Shown here piece by piece: positions 40,245 to 50,915 of a DNA stretch of 64,000 nt. The notes under the pieces are model-generated. The model was not told where the DNA came from. It saw nothing but the letters and a program-made list of their open reading frames with translations, and searched no databases. Source of the stretch: an uncultured Candidatus Binatia bacterium (GTDB lineage Bacteria > Desulfobacterota > Binatia > Bin18); the NCBI GenBank assembly GCA_965243855.1, contig CBDEWE010000003.1:1474610-1538609 (forward strand), written 5' to 3'. A program made the translations under genes and the position numbers. Within the stretch, counting starts at the first letter, position 1. Each line of letters starts with the position of its first letter.

Positions 40245-41453
40245 ATGAAAATTACAGTCAAAAAATCTCCGATTATTGTTCCTGGATTTCGATTCTCCGG
40301 GGTAGCCTGCGGGCTCAAGCCCAGTGGTAAAAAAGATCTGTCATTGCTGGTATCGGACGTACCGGCGACGGCGGCTGCCGCATTCACGACGAACCAGGTG
40401 AAGGCCGCGCCGGTCGCCATAGGTGAAGAGCGCCTCCGGACTGGACATCTGCAAGCTATTGTCGTCAACAGCGGAAATGCTAACGCTTCGACTGCTCAAC
40501 CCGGACTCAAGCTGGCCCGGGACACCTGCTCGCTGGTCGGCCGCGAACTTGCCATTGATGCGCAACTGGTACTGCCATCATCTACGGGGGTGATAGGCGT
40601 GCTGCCCGACTGGAAGAAAATGCGGACCGGTATTCCCTCTGCCGTTGCATCCCTGTCGCCACGCGGCTTCTGGAATGCCGTGGCCGGCATCATGACGACC
40701 GATGTCTTTCCCAAGGTCGCGACTCGACAGGTGAAACTGAACGGACGGACGCTGACCATCGCTGGTATGGCCAAGGGAGCCGGTATGATTAACCCGAATA
40801 TGGCGACCATGTTGTGTTATGTGTGCACGGATGCCGCTGTGAGCCGGGCTGCGCTCCAGCAGGTGCTCGACCAGACCTTGCCCGATTCTTTCAACGCGAT
40901 CTCCGTGGATGGTGATACCAGTACGAACGACACCCTGGTTCTACTCGCCAACGGGCAGGCCGGCAACCGAGAGATTACGCCGCGCAACCGTGGATATGCG
41001 GCCTTTCGAGACGCAGTCCGGGAAGTCTTGTGCAGCTTGGCCCGGATGTGTGTCAAAGATGGGGAGGGGGCGACCAAGGTTGTCGATATTTATGTCAACG
41101 GCGCAAAGAATAGGGCGGACGCGGAAAAAGTCGCCCGTAGTATCGCCTATTCACCCTTGGTTAAAACGGCCTTTTTCGGAGGCGACCCGAACTGGGGCCG
41201 TATTGCCTGCGCGGTGGGCTATGCGGGCGCGCAATTGAAGCAGGACCGGCTGGCCATCAGCGTCGGCGATGTTCCCATTGGCCGCAACGGCATGAGTACT
41301 GGGTCACGCAATGCGCAACGGGCCGCCCGGATTATGCAACAGGACGAGTTCTCCATAGACGTCCATTTACATATGGGCCGCGGCCGTGCCCACGTCGTTA
41401 CCTCCGACCTGTCCACCGGCTACGTCCACTTTAACTCGGCGTATACGACCTAG
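40245..41453 (+). CDS. argJ: bifunctional glutamate N-acetyltransferase / amino-acid acetyltransferase ArgJ
   Basis: 402 aa. Autoproteolytic ATML site (NPNMATMLCYVCTDA) characteristic of ArgJ. Confidence 0.9.
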   Translation: MKITVKKSPIIVPGFRFSGVACGLKPSGKKDLSLLVSDVPATAAAAFTTNQVKAAPVAIGEERLRTGHLQAIVVNSGNANASTAQPGLKLARDTCSLVGRELAIDAQLVLPSSTGVIGVLPDWKKMRTGIPSAVASLSPRGFWNAVAGIMTTDVFPKVATRQVKLNGRTLTIAGMAKGAGMINPNMATMLCYVCTDAAVSRAALQQVLDQTLPDSFNAISVDGDTSTNDTLVLLANGQAGNREITPRNRGYAAFRDAVREVLCSLARMCVKDGEGATKVVDIYVNGAKNRADAEKVARSIAYSPLVKTAFFGGDPNWGRIACAVGYAGAQLKQDRLAISVGDVPIGRNGMSTGSRNAQRAARIMQQDEFSIDVHLHMGRGRAHVVTSDLSTGYVHFNSAYTT

Positions 41454-42635
41454 TTAGCGGCCCTTGGGTAGTTGGAGTACGCGTTCGGCGATGATGTTGC
41501 GCAGGATTTCGGACGTGCCGCCCTCAATAGTATTGGCCCGGGCGCGGAGAAAACCGTACTGCCAATAATGTTCCGCTTCGGCTTCACCATAGAGTTGTCC
41601 GGCTGTCCCCTGCATCTCGACAGCGAGATCTTGCATGCGCTGGTTGGTTTCGGCCCAATGTAGCTTGGCAATCGAGCCTTCCGGTCCTGCCGGGTTGCCG
41701 CGCAGCAACCGCGTCAAGGCGCGATAATTATTCAGCTTCAAGACTTCGCAATCGATATATGCCTGGGCCATTTTCTGGCGGAGCCGACGATCAGTCCGGT
41801 CTGAGGCCGAACTGGAGTCGCACAGCCAGGCACGCAGGTCATCGTACGTCCGTTTTTGGGCGAAGGTAAAATAAAAGCCCAGCCCCTGCCGCTCAAACAT
41901 GAGCGAGGTGATAATGACCTTCCAGCCCTGGTTCACCTCCCCCAGAAGATTAGCCTTTGGGACCTGGACGTTCTCGAAAAAGACCTCGTTAAACTCGCTC
42001 TCTCCTGTCATAGTACGTAGCGGCTTAATCGTGATACCCGGACTCTTCATATTAACCAGGAGGGCCGATAGGCCATTATGCTTTGGCGCGTCCGGGTCGG
42101 TCCGCACCAGGAGCAAGCACCAGTTGGCATAGCGGGCTAAACTCGTCCACACCTTCTGGCCATTGACCAAAAAATAATCGCCCTGGTCAACCGCGCGGGT
42201 CTGGAGTGAACCCAGGTCCGAGCCCGAGTTCGGCTCGGAATAGCCCTGGCTCCAAATATCCGCACCACTCAGAATAGCGGCGAGATGTTTTTTTTTCTGC
42301 TCCTCTGTTCCATAGACGATAATCGTCGGCCCGACGATCTCCAAACCCAGGACATTGAGCAAACCGGGCGCTTGATGGTTAGCCATTTCTTCATCAAAGA
42401 TCATCCGTTCGATCAGAGAAGCACCGCGACCGCCGTACTCTTTAGGCCAGGAAATCCCGGCCCAGCCACCTTCGTACACCGTGCGTTGCCAGTCTTTCAG
42501 AAAGGCGAGGTCCGCGGCTGAGGCCTGCGGCTGAAGGTGACGTAGCGGGCCATTGTTTTGTGGAACGTTGACCGCGAGCCAGGTGCGGAGTTCCTGCCGA
42601 AAGGCCTTCTGCGCTGAGGTAAAATGAAAATCCAT
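41454..42635 (-). CDS. acyl-CoA dehydrogenase
   Basis: ACAD motifs (YSEPNSGSDLGSL; C-terminal IEGGTSEILRN). Start chosen at MDFHFTSAQKAF to avoid overlap with gatB. Confidence 0.8.
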   Translation of the reverse strand: MDFHFTSAQKAFRQELRTWLAVNVPQNNGPLRHLQPQASAADLAFLKDWQRTVYEGGWAGISWPKEYGGRGASLIERMIFDEEMANHQAPGLLNVLGLEIVGPTIIVYGTEEQKKKHLAAILSGADIWSQGYSEPNSGSDLGSLQTRAVDQGDYFLVNGQKVWTSLARYANWCLLLVRTDPDAPKHNGLSALLVNMKSPGITIKPLRTMTGESEFNEVFFENVQVPKANLLGEVNQGWKVIITSLMFERQGLGFYFTFAQKRTYDDLRAWLCDSSSASDRTDRRLRQKMAQAYIDCEVLKLNNYRALTRLLRGNPAGPEGSIAKLHWAETNQRMQDLAVEMQGTAGQLYGEAEAEHYWQYGFLRARANTIEGGTSEILRNIIAERVLQLPKGR

Positions 42636-42675
42636 GCTGGGCTCCTGTACCGGAACAGTCGAATCGCTGGTAACG

Positions 42676-44121
42676 CTATTGGGAGAGCTTTTGCCGTAAG
42701 AGGGTATTGACCATCTGGGGATTGGCTTTGCCCTGGGTGGCACGCATAACCTGCCCGACAAAGAAGCCGATTAGCTTTTCTTTGCCGCTACGATAGGCCT
42801 CCACTTTGTCCGGGTTGGCCGTCAAGACCTTGGCAATAGCAGCCTGCAGAGTGTCGGTGTCGCTGACCTGGCGCAGTCCCTTGGCCTCAATGATCTCTTC
42901 TGGGGGCTGAGCGGTTTGGCGCATTTCCTCGTAGACGGTCTTGGCGATGGTCGTGCTGATGGTGTTGTCTTGTATCAATCCGATTAATTCGCCCAAGTGC
43001 TCGGGCGGGCAGGGCCAGGTCTCGATTTTCAGCGCCGCGTCCAGTTTTTCTTCCTTGATGAAGCGCAATACGCTGTCCATGACCCAGTTGCTGACGACTT
43101 TGGGTGCTGCGGGGCAGGCGCGCACGCTGGCCTCGAAATAATCCGCCACATCTTTGCGGGCCGTCAGCACCTCGGCATCATAGGCCGGCAGGTCGTAGTC
43201 GTGCATGAAGCGGGCTCTCCGTGTGGCTGGTAGCTCGGGCAGGACGGCTCGAATGTTTTCGACCCAAGTCTGGTCCACGACCAGTGGTAACAAATCCGGA
43301 TCGGGAAAATAGCGGTAATCGTGGGCGAACTCCTTGCTGCGCATGGGTCGGGTCACCTCTCGATCCGCATCCCATAGACGGGTTTCCTGGACGACCCGCC
43401 CGCCGGCTTCGACAACCTCGGTCTGGCGCTGAATTTCATGCTCGATCGCCTTTTCGACGGCGCGAAACGAATTGAGGTTCTTAGTCTCAGTTCTAGTGCC
43501 AAACTCGGTCTGCCCCTGCGGACGTATGGAGACGTTGGCGTCGCAGCGGAGACTGCCTTCTTCCATATTGCCATCACAGACCTCAATATATTGAAGCAGC
43601 GCCCGCAGGCTGCGCAGATAATTACCCGCTTCCGCGGCAGACCGGATATCCGGTTCGCTGACAATCTCTAATAGGGGAACACCGGTACGATTCAGGTCAA
43701 CAAGACTCGCGCCCGCTTCAGCATCATGGATGCTCTTGCCGGCGTCTTCCTCCATATGAATTCGGGTTAAGCGCACCTTCTTTGCTTGGCCTTGGTCGGC
43801 GACCTCAACATAACCGTGTTCGGCAATGGGCAGCTCGTACATGCTGATCTGGTAGCCCTTGGGCAGGTCGGGATAAAAATAGTTTTTCCGCGCCCAACGG
43901 CTGGTGGATGCAACCGCGCAGTGCGTGGCCAGTGCGGCGCGGAGGGCGAAATCAACGACCTTCTTATTGAGCACGGGCAAAACCCCAGGCAAACCCAGGC
44001 AGACCGGGCAGGTATGCTGGTTGGGCATTGCACCGAAGCGGGTGGAACAGCCACAAAAAATTTTTGACTCGGTCAGTAATTGCGCATGCACTTCCAGGCC
44101 AATGACGGATTCGTAGGACAT
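42676..44121 (-). CDS. gatB: Asp-tRNA(Asn)/Glu-tRNA(Gln) amidotransferase subunit B
   Basis: Begins [27 protein letters not shown]. 481 aa with a C-terminal GatB/YqeY domain. Confidence 0.95.
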   Translation of the reverse strand: MSYESVIGLEVHAQLLTESKIFCGCSTRFGAMPNQHTCPVCLGLPGVLPVLNKKVVDFALRAALATHCAVASTSRWARKNYFYPDLPKGYQISMYELPIAEHGYVEVADQGQAKKVRLTRIHMEEDAGKSIHDAEAGASLVDLNRTGVPLLEIVSEPDIRSAAEAGNYLRSLRALLQYIEVCDGNMEEGSLRCDANVSIRPQGQTEFGTRTETKNLNSFRAVEKAIEHEIQRQTEVVEAGGRVVQETRLWDADREVTRPMRSKEFAHDYRYFPDPDLLPLVVDQTWVENIRAVLPELPATRRARFMHDYDLPAYDAEVLTARKDVADYFEASVRACPAAPKVVSNWVMDSVLRFIKEEKLDAALKIETWPCPPEHLGELIGLIQDNTISTTIAKTVYEEMRQTAQPPEEIIEAKGLRQVSDTDTLQAAIAKVLTANPDKVEAYRSGKEKLIGFFVGQVMRATQGKANPQMVNTLLRQKLSQ

Positions 44122-44148
44122 ACTGTTACTCTGTCTATATTGCTGCTG

Positions 44149-45609
44149 TTAGAGAGGCGGCTTACGGGTCCGCCAGTCATGATCCTGTTCGTACGCGTAA
44201 CCAGTCTGGAGCAGGGCTTCTTCATCAAAGGGGCGCCCTATCAACTGGAGTCCAATCGGCAACCCGTGATGATCAAATCCGCACGGGACAGACAACCCTG
44301 GTAAGCCGGCCAAATTGACCGCTATCGTAAAAATATCCGAAAGATACATCGTAAGTGGGTCCGCCAGCTTCTCTCCCAGCCGAAACGCGGTTGTCGGAGC
44401 GACCGGAGTCGTAATGATATCACAGGCTTCAAAGGCATCCAGGAAATCCTGCCGAATCAGAGTTCGTACCTTCTGCGCCTTTACATAATAGGCGTCATAA
44501 TACCCAGCGGATAAAACATAGGTGCCGAGTGCAATGCGCCGTTTAACCTCGCTGCCAAATCCCTGGGCACGGGTCGTCTGATACAGCTCTCCCAGGTCTT
44601 CAACCTCAGCTGCCCGGTAGCCATAGCGGACACCATCGTAGCGAGCCAAATTTGAGCTCGCCTCAGCCATGGCAATAATATAATAGCTTGCCACTGCATA
44701 TTCGGTATGAGGGAGAGAGATCGGGACAATCTCTGCTCCCAATGTGCCCAGGTGGGCGATCGCGTCCCTGACTGCTGTCTCTACCTCCGGCTGCATTCCC
44801 TCAATAAAGTATTCTTGCGGTATACCGATACGCAGGCCGCTGACGCCTCGCTCCAGATGGGCAGTGTAGCTCGATGTGGGTCTGTTGACGGAAGTCGAAT
44901 CGCGAGGATCATAGCCGGCAATCACCTCCAGCAGGAGGGCGCAGTCCCGGACATCTTTGGTACACGGACCGACCTGATCTAAGGACGACGCATAGGCCAC
45001 AACCCCAAACCGACTCACCCGCCCGTAAGTTGGTTTCAGGCCCACAATGCCACAGAATGCGGCCGGCAGGCGAATGGAACCGCCCGTATCTGTTCCCAAG
45101 GCCGCATAGGCTTGATCAGCCGCAACGGATGCCGCCGACCCGCCGGATGAGCCGCCCGGTACCCGGTCCGTATCCCACGGATTCCGGCAGGGGTTGAACG
45201 CCGAATTTTCATTGGACGAGCCCATCGCAAATTCGTCACAGTTGACTTTGCCGATAACCACCGCCCCGGCCTCCTTGAGGCGCTGTGTCACGGTTGCGTC
45301 ATACGGCGAAATAAAACGTTCGAGAATTTTTGAGCCCGCGGTTGAACGCACTCCCTGGGCAAGGATAACGTCCTTGAGCGCAATCGGAATCCCGCACAGC
45401 GGAGGTGGGGTCGCCCCGCTTGATAGGGTTCGGTCTGCGGCTTCTGCCTGGACGAGCGCTTCCTCGGCACACACGGTCAGGTATGAATGCAGGTGCCCAT
45501 CTGTGGCTTGAATCCGACTCAGCATCGACTGTGCTAACTCAACCGCACTGACTTCTCGGCTGCGCAGTTTTTCCCGGGCCTGATGAATGGTCAGGGCATG
45601 GTGTGACAT
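44149..45609 (-). CDS. gatA: Asp-tRNA(Asn)/Glu-tRNA(Gln) amidotransferase subunit A (amidase signature family)
   Basis: Amidase signature [13 protein letters not shown]. 486 aa. Sits between gatC and gatB. Confidence 0.95.
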   Translation of the reverse strand: MSHHALTIHQAREKLRSREVSAVELAQSMLSRIQATDGHLHSYLTVCAEEALVQAEAADRTLSSGATPPPLCGIPIALKDVILAQGVRSTAGSKILERFISPYDATVTQRLKEAGAVVIGKVNCDEFAMGSSNENSAFNPCRNPWDTDRVPGGSSGGSAASVAADQAYAALGTDTGGSIRLPAAFCGIVGLKPTYGRVSRFGVVAYASSLDQVGPCTKDVRDCALLLEVIAGYDPRDSTSVNRPTSSYTAHLERGVSGLRIGIPQEYFIEGMQPEVETAVRDAIAHLGTLGAEIVPISLPHTEYAVASYYIIAMAEASSNLARYDGVRYGYRAAEVEDLGELYQTTRAQGFGSEVKRRIALGTYVLSAGYYDAYYVKAQKVRTLIRQDFLDAFEACDIITTPVAPTTAFRLGEKLADPLTMYLSDIFTIAVNLAGLPGLSVPCGFDHHGLPIGLQLIGRPFDEEALLQTGYAYEQDHDWRTRKPPL

Positions 45610-45611
45610 GG

Positions 45612-45908
45612 TTACTCAATGATTTTTGGAACGCGAAAGAAATGGGTTTTCCGACTCGGTGCATTCGCCAGCAGGGCGTCGGTTTGGGCGGCACTTAGCG
45701 TATTGGTGACAACATCGTCCCGGAGCGGAGCGGACACCGCTACTGCATGGGCGGTCGGCTCGACACTGTCGGTCTGCAATTCGCCAAGTTTATCGACATA
45801 GGTTAAGATCGTATCAAAGTGTTGAGTCAGCTCCGCCAATTCTTCCTCTGTAAACGACAGGCGGGCCAATACAGCAACCTGTCGAACTTCATCCGGTGTA
45901 ATACGCAT
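45612..45908 (-). CDS. gatC: Asp-tRNA(Asn)/Glu-tRNA(Gln) amidotransferase subunit C
   Basis: 98 aa beginning [27 protein letters not shown], the canonical GatC N-terminus. The longer ORF-track version reads through a family-B repeat. Confidence 0.9.
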   Translation of the reverse strand: MRITPDEVRQVAVLARLSFTEEELAELTQHFDTILTYVDKLGELQTDSVEPTAHAVAVSAPLRDDVVTNTLSAAQTDALLANAPSRKTHFFRVPKIIE

Positions 45909-45963
45909 AATTGCTCTTCTTTCTGCGGGTGTCAGTGTGTCACACCACCCCTTGCAATTCAAC

Positions 45964-46017
45964 AAAGAGTAAACGTGTCCAGCATCTGCCTGTCTATGGG
46001 AGGATACGTTTACTCTT
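45964..46017. repeat. family-A palindromic element, copy 8
   Basis: AAAGAGTAAACGTGTCCAGCATCTGCCTGTCTATGGGAGGATACGTTTACTCTT. Lies between gatC and yraN, 70 bp from a family-B copy. Confidence 0.9.
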
Positions 46018-46085
46018 CGCGGTAGGCCGGTCGTCGGAGGACGCTCTTGATCCACGCAAGCCGTGTCAGCTACCCTGTATGTGTT

Positions 46086-46178
46086 CGTTGAGTCCGTTGA
46101 GTCTTTAGGGTCTTTGGGGTCAAGACTCAACAGACCCAATGACTCAACAGACCCAATGACTCAACAGACCCGAAAGAC
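46086..46178. repeat. family-B element, copy 4
   Basis: GTTGAGTCC GTTGAGTCT TTAGGGTCTTTGGGGTCAAGACTCAACAGACCCAAT GACTCAACAGACCCAAT GACTCAACAGACCCGAAAGAC. Lies between gatC and yraN. Confidence 0.9.
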
Positions 46179-46184
46179 ATCGTT

Positions 46185-46565
46185 ATGGTGAGAGGCGACC
46201 GGCGACGCCTGTTCGGCCAACACGGCGAGCAACGCGCCGCACAGTTTTTACAGAGCCTCGGCTATAGGATAGTGAACCGAAATTATCGATGCCCTCGCGG
46301 AGAAATTGATCTCGTTGCGCAGGATAAAGGAACCATTGTCTTCGTGGAGGTTCGGACGCACCGCTCTCAGGAGTTCGGAAACCCTCTCGCCTCAGTAAAC
46401 AAGCGGAAGCAACGCCAAATCGCCATGACTGCCCTCCATTATCTTTCACGTTTTCACCTCCATGACCACGCTGCACGATTTGACGTCATTGGAATTATAG
46501 GGGAAGGAGAGGCTGCGCAGCTGACCCATATCAAAGAGGCTTTTGAATTCCCAATCTCACGATAA
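46185..46565 (+). CDS. yraN: YraN family (UPF0102) endonuclease-like protein
   Basis: About 126 aa with a PD-(D/E)xK-like core (GEIDLVAQDKGTIVFVEVRTHR). Confidence 0.8.
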   Translation: MVRGDRRRLFGQHGEQRAAQFLQSLGYRIVNRNYRCPRGEIDLVAQDKGTIVFVEVRTHRSQEFGNPLASVNKRKQRQIAMTALHYLSRFHLHDHAARFDVIGIIGEGEAAQLTHIKEAFEFPISR

Positions 46566-46575
46566 AGAGCGAGGT

Positions 46576-47856
46576 ATGCTTGATATTAAACTGATCCGAG
46601 ACAACCCGGAAGAAGTGAAAGCACGGCTGGCAACGGTCGGTGTTCCAGGTACTGACGTTGATGCCCTGCTTAATAGCGATCGAGTTCGACGCGCGCGCAT
46701 AAGCGAAGTCGAGGCACTGCGCGCCGAACGCACGAAACGTTCAAAAGAAATTCGCAAAATTTCCGATCCCACCGAGCGAGACACCGCCGTCCGATCTATG
46801 CGAGCGCTCGGAGAGCGAGTGAGCCAGCTGGAGAAACAACTCGCTCAGGAGGAAGAAGACTTCCAGCAGCGGCTCTTGGATTTGCCAAACCTGCCCCACC
46901 CAGACGTCCCGGTTGGGCAAGACGAGGACGAAAATGTGGTCATCCGAACGGAAGGAAAACCGCCGACCTTTGCTTTTTCTCCTCGTCCGCACTGGGAACT
47001 GGGCGAAGCCTTGGGTATCATTGATTTTGAGCGCGGGGTAAAAATTTCAGGCAGCCGTTTTTATATCCTCAAAGGACTCGGCGCCCGACTCCAGCGCACG
47101 CTGATTAGCTGGATGCTGGATCTGCATGTCAATGAACACGGCTATACCGAAATCTACCCACCTGCCATGGTGAAACAGGATTGTTTAGTTGGGACGGGTA
47201 ACCTGCCAAAATTTGGGGATAATCTCTACCGGGATATTGAAGAAGACTTTTGGTTTATTCCTACGGCAGAAGTGCCCGTGACCAATCTCTATAGAGAAGA
47301 AGTGATCGAATCTGGACATCTCCCATTGTATCATGTGGCGTATACGCCGTGCTTCCGCCGCGAGAAAATGTCGGCGGGTCGCGATGTTCGTGGCATTAAA
47401 CGTGGCCATCAGTTCGACAAGGTCGAAATGGTAAAATTTGTTGAGCCGTCGCAGTCAGATGCGGAGTTACTCGCTCTGGTCGACAATGCGGAAGATGTGT
47501 GCCGCAAACTCAACATCCCGTATCGGGTCGTTCAGATGTGTACTGGAGATTTAAGCTTTGTTGCTGCCTGCAAATATGACGTGGAAATGTGGGCACCGGG
47601 CTGCGCCGAATGGCTCGAAGTGAGTTCCTGCTCCAATTTCCGTGATTTCCAGGCCCGTCGGGCGAAAATACGATACCGACCCACGCCTGGCGCAAAACCT
47701 GAGTTGGTGCACACCCTGAACGGCTCTGGACTCGCCCTCCCGCGGGTTGTCATCGCTATTCTTGAGAACTACCAACAAGAAGATGGGAGTGTTGTGATAC
47801 CCAATGTCCTTCGCCCTTATATGGGGGGGCGGGAGAAAATCGCTATGGCTCAATGA
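46576..47856 (+). CDS. serS: serine--tRNA ligase
   Basis: Begins MLDIKLIRDNPEEVKARL, with an N-terminal coiled coil. Class II aaRS motifs (FRRE; GLALPRVVIAILENYQ). Confidence 0.95.
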   Translation: MLDIKLIRDNPEEVKARLATVGVPGTDVDALLNSDRVRRARISEVEALRAERTKRSKEIRKISDPTERDTAVRSMRALGERVSQLEKQLAQEEEDFQQRLLDLPNLPHPDVPVGQDEDENVVIRTEGKPPTFAFSPRPHWELGEALGIIDFERGVKISGSRFYILKGLGARLQRTLISWMLDLHVNEHGYTEIYPPAMVKQDCLVGTGNLPKFGDNLYRDIEEDFWFIPTAEVPVTNLYREEVIESGHLPLYHVAYTPCFRREKMSAGRDVRGIKRGHQFDKVEMVKFVEPSQSDAELLALVDNAEDVCRKLNIPYRVVQMCTGDLSFVAACKYDVEMWAPGCAEWLEVSSCSNFRDFQARRAKIRYRPTPGAKPELVHTLNGSGLALPRVVIAILENYQQEDGSVVIPNVLRPYMGGREKIAMAQ

Positions 47857-47938
47857 TTCGTTCCTTGAGAGGGGTAGGGGGAGTTGACGACTGAGGGGCA
47901 GCCCGTTACTAAATTGCCCAAGAAAACGGCGAAACTCT

Positions 47939-48298
47939 GTGGCAGAAGACGCGCACAAACCAGCGCCCGGTCAGGATGTCGAAAATACCATCGAGGACCT
48001 GACGCAAGAGCTGTCTCGCTTAATCAACGAAGCTGGGACGGACGGACGCGAAGAATTGCGTGACTATGCGGTAAGCCTGCTACAGGGTGAAACGGAAACA
48101 ACACAAACGGAAGAGCCTGCGAGGGAAGATTCGGCTCAGCCTTCTACCCCTTTTAGCCCAGTTGCTTTGAGCATTCCATTTCTGCTTATTGGTATTATTC
48201 TCCTACCGCTTTTTGCCCCAATAGGGCTGCTGATGTTGTTATTGGCGACAATCATGGGGGTAGGCGGCTGGCTGGCTCTCATGTTCAGAAGAAAATAA
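47939..48298 (+). CDS. hypothetical membrane protein (acidic N-terminus, C-terminal TM hairpin)
   Basis: 119 aa. It lies immediately upstream of the Rieske gene and could be an accessory subunit. No recognisable domain. Confidence 0.3.
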   Translation: MAEDAHKPAPGQDVENTIEDLTQELSRLINEAGTDGREELRDYAVSLLQGETETTQTEEPAREDSAQPSTPFSPVALSIPFLLIGIILLPLFAPIGLLMLLLATIMGVGGWLALMFRRK

Positions 48299-48338
48299 GA
48301 GAACCAGGTATAATCACTATCACTAAGGAGTAGGCTCC

Positions 48339-48941
48339 ATGGCAAAAAAACCAACTTCTCCTGAAGAAGTCCAGGAATATGAGGAGCGTCGCCGTGTTGA
48401 GCAACGGGCTGAGCGTGAGAAACGACTCCGTGAACGCGTGCAAAGAGGCGGCCTGTGGTCACGGCGTGATTTTTTCGGCCGGCTCAGCTGGGGCGGTTTT
48501 GGACTGGTTTCGCTTGTGAGTCTGCTCGCCTTTGTCCGTTCTGCCTTTCCTCGGGTGCTCTTCGTTCCGCCGTCAACCTTCAAGGCTGGCTTTCCCGGGG
48601 ACTACCCGGTTGGCGAGGTGAGCGAGAAATACCGCTCAGACCAACGCACCTGGATTGTCCGAGAACCGCAGGGCTTCTACGCGATCTTTGCCAATTGTAC
48701 ACACCTCGGCTGTACCCCGCGCTGGTCGTCGTCGGAGAATAAATACAAATGTCCCTGTCATGGCAGTGGGTACTACCGGACTGGATACAATTTTGAAGGG
48801 CCGGCGCCCAGACCAATGGATCGCTTTCAATTGTCGTTGGCTGACGATGGGCAGTTGCTAGTTGATAAGAGCAAAATTTTCAAAATGCAGCCCGGCGTTG
48901 ACCCCAATAAGCAACATCCGGACAGCATTTTACGCATTTAG
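48339..48941 (+). CDS. petC: Rieske [2Fe-2S] protein with Tat signal
   Basis: RRDFFGRL twin-arginine motif followed by a TM anchor. Rieske boxes CTHLGC and CPCHGS. Confidence 0.9.
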   Translation: MAKKPTSPEEVQEYEERRRVEQRAEREKRLRERVQRGGLWSRRDFFGRLSWGGFGLVSLVSLLAFVRSAFPRVLFVPPSTFKAGFPGDYPVGEVSEKYRSDQRTWIVREPQGFYAIFANCTHLGCTPRWSSSENKYKCPCHGSGYYRTGYNFEGPAPRPMDRFQLSLADDGQLLVDKSKIFKMQPGVDPNKQHPDSILRI

Positions 48942-48980
48942 CTGCCAGTGGAAGAGCGAGTGTAAAGGCAAGGAAACAGT

Positions 48981-49754
48981 ATGAGCAGCCAGTTTGATGA
49001 ACTCAAACGCCAGGTCATGGAGTCGCAGGCCTGGCAGTCCATTTTTCGCCACGGCTACGAAGATACGCCGCGCAACCGCATCCTGATGGTCTCGGGCAAT
49101 GTCTGGCTCCATCTCCACCCTTCGAAAGTTCGTAAGCATGCCACGCGCTTACGCTTCACTTGGTGCATGGGCGGTATTACCTTTCTGATGTATTTGGTCA
49201 CCGTGGTCACTGGTGTGTATCTTATGTTCTACTACCGCCCTGTGGCGGAATATGCCTACGCCGACATTAAATATCTCGAATTTGATATGCCGTTTGGCAT
49301 GCTGATGCGGAATATGCATCGCTGGGCCGCCCATGGCATGGTGATTGCCGTCTGGCTGCACATGTTTCGCGTCTTTATGACGGGTTCGTATAAGCCCCCG
49401 CGTGAGTTTAATTGGGTCGTGGGGGTTCTGCTCTTAGTGTTGACCTTGCTTCTTTCGTTTACCGGATACCTCCTGCCGTGGGACCAGCTTGCCATCTGGG
49501 CCGTTTCTGTCGGGTCGAACATGGGCCGGGCAACCCCGTTGTTGGGATATGAAGGGCCTTTCAATGAAGTGCTCGGGGTGAACCCGATTTACGACGCCCG
49601 CGCTTTTCTCTTTGGCGGTGGGGAGATTGGGGCACATACCTTACTCCGTTTCTATATTCTGCACTGTATCTTTATTCCGCTGGTAACGAGTTTATTCCTG
49701 GCGGTTCATTTCTGGCGTATCCGACGTGACGGATTCTCGGGACCAGCCCTCTAG
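48981..49754 (+). CDS. petB: cytochrome b (N-terminal b6-like half, four-helix haem-binding domain)
   Basis: 257 aa with conserved haem-ligating His in helices B and D (FRHGYEDT...; AHGMVIAVWLHMFRVF; WAVSVGSNM). Confidence 0.85.
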   Translation: MSSQFDELKRQVMESQAWQSIFRHGYEDTPRNRILMVSGNVWLHLHPSKVRKHATRLRFTWCMGGITFLMYLVTVVTGVYLMFYYRPVAEYAYADIKYLEFDMPFGMLMRNMHRWAAHGMVIAVWLHMFRVFMTGSYKPPREFNWVVGVLLLVLTLLLSFTGYLLPWDQLAIWAVSVGSNMGRATPLLGYEGPFNEVLGVNPIYDARAFLFGGGEIGAHTLLRFYILHCIFIPLVTSLFLAVHFWRIRRDGFSGPAL

Positions 49755-49766
49755 TCGAGGTTTCTT

Positions 49767-49862
49767 ATGCGTGTACTCGCGATTCCCATCTTAGTCGGCG
49801 TTGTGTGCTGGCTGCTGTACGTAGTGGCGAAACCCAAAGCGTCTTCTCCGGAAGACCAGTAA
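49767..49862 (+). CDS. possible 31-aa single-TM micro-protein between the cytochrome b halves
   Basis: Unlisted short ORF (MRVLAIPILVGVVCWLLYVVAKPKASSPEDQ) that exactly fills the gap between petB and the subunit-IV-like gene. Hydrophobic helix plus charged tail, like small subunits of b6f/bc complexes. Speculative. Confidence 0.25.
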   Translation: MRVLAIPILVGVVCWLLYVVAKPKASSPEDQ

Positions 49863-49877
49863 GAAAAGGAAGCTGTT

Positions 49878-50675
49878 ATGGCGGAAATGGCCTCAGCTGC
49901 CACGCGAGTCGAGGTGACGCTCAAGAAGGCGACCGGCCCAGGCGATGATAAGGTCCATACCTGGCCGAATCTGGTTCGAGCAGAATTCCTCTGCACCCTG
50001 TTTACGATTATCTTCCTGCTTTTATGGTCACTGCTGGTCGATGCGCCGCTTGAAGAGCCGGCCGACCCTGGGCGCACGCCCAACCCGTCCAAAGCGCCCT
50101 GGTATTTCCTTGGACTGCAAGAAATATTGGTCTTTTTCGATCCCTGGCATGCCGGAGTGGTTGCGCCCACCTTTATAATCATGGGACTGATGGTCATTCC
50201 CTACATCGATATCAATCCCAAGGGAAACGGCTATTACACTTTTAAGGAACGGAAATACGAAATCATAACCTTTATCTTTGGTTTCCATGTCCTATGGATT
50301 TCAACCATTATTATTGGCACCTTTGTCAGGGGGCCGGGCTGGAACTGGTTTTGGCCTTGGGAGGTGTGGGATGCGCACCTGGTTGAAGCCTTGACCAACC
50401 AGGATCTGCCTTATTTGGTTGGTATCCGAGATTACTGGACTGCGGCGGTTTTCGGCCTGTCGCTCATTATTGGTTTCTTTGTGCTGGGTACCGCTGCCAT
50501 GTATTGGTGGGTGGTGTGGCTCAAGGGGCGTGAATTCATGCAGCGCTGGGGTGCGGCTCGGTTTTTCTTAACGTCATTTCTCACGCTGAACATGATTGCC
50601 GTAGTGATTAAGATGCTCCTACGTCATATACTGAATGTAAAATATATTTTAGTTACGCCGTGGATTAATGTCTGA
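49878..50675 (+). CDS. petD: cytochrome b C-terminal domain protein (subunit IV / PetD-like)
   Basis: PNPSKAPWYFLGLQEIL, the PEWY-type Qo-site motif, followed by additional TM helices. Confidence 0.8.
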   Translation: MAEMASAATRVEVTLKKATGPGDDKVHTWPNLVRAEFLCTLFTIIFLLLWSLLVDAPLEEPADPGRTPNPSKAPWYFLGLQEILVFFDPWHAGVVAPTFIIMGLMVIPYIDINPKGNGYYTFKERKYEIITFIFGFHVLWISTIIIGTFVRGPGWNWFWPWEVWDAHLVEALTNQDLPYLVGIRDYWTAAVFGLSLIIGFFVLGTAAMYWWVVWLKGREFMQRWGAARFFLTSFLTLNMIAVVIKMLLRHILNVKYILVTPWINV

Positions 50676-50729
50676 AAAGGGTAAACGTATCCAGCATCTC
50701 ATATCTATAGGAGGACACGTTTACTCTTT
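50676..50729. repeat. family-A palindromic element, copy 9
   Basis: AAGGGTAAACGTATCCAGCATCTCATATCTATAGGAGGACACGTTTACTCTTT. Directly after the petD-like stop. Confidence 0.9.
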
Positions 50730-50915
50730 ATGACGTTTTATCTGGCAAAAATTCTTCAGGCACTTGGGATTGCAGATGTTGGGTACGCTTTATTCGTTGG
50801 TCTGACTGAAGAAAAGAGCATGGGTAAGGAATTATGGCTCCTTGGGATTGGGGTTGTAGTGTTTTATCTCGGTCGCTTCCTTGAGACGCGAGCAACCGGT
50901 TCGTAGTGGATTATT

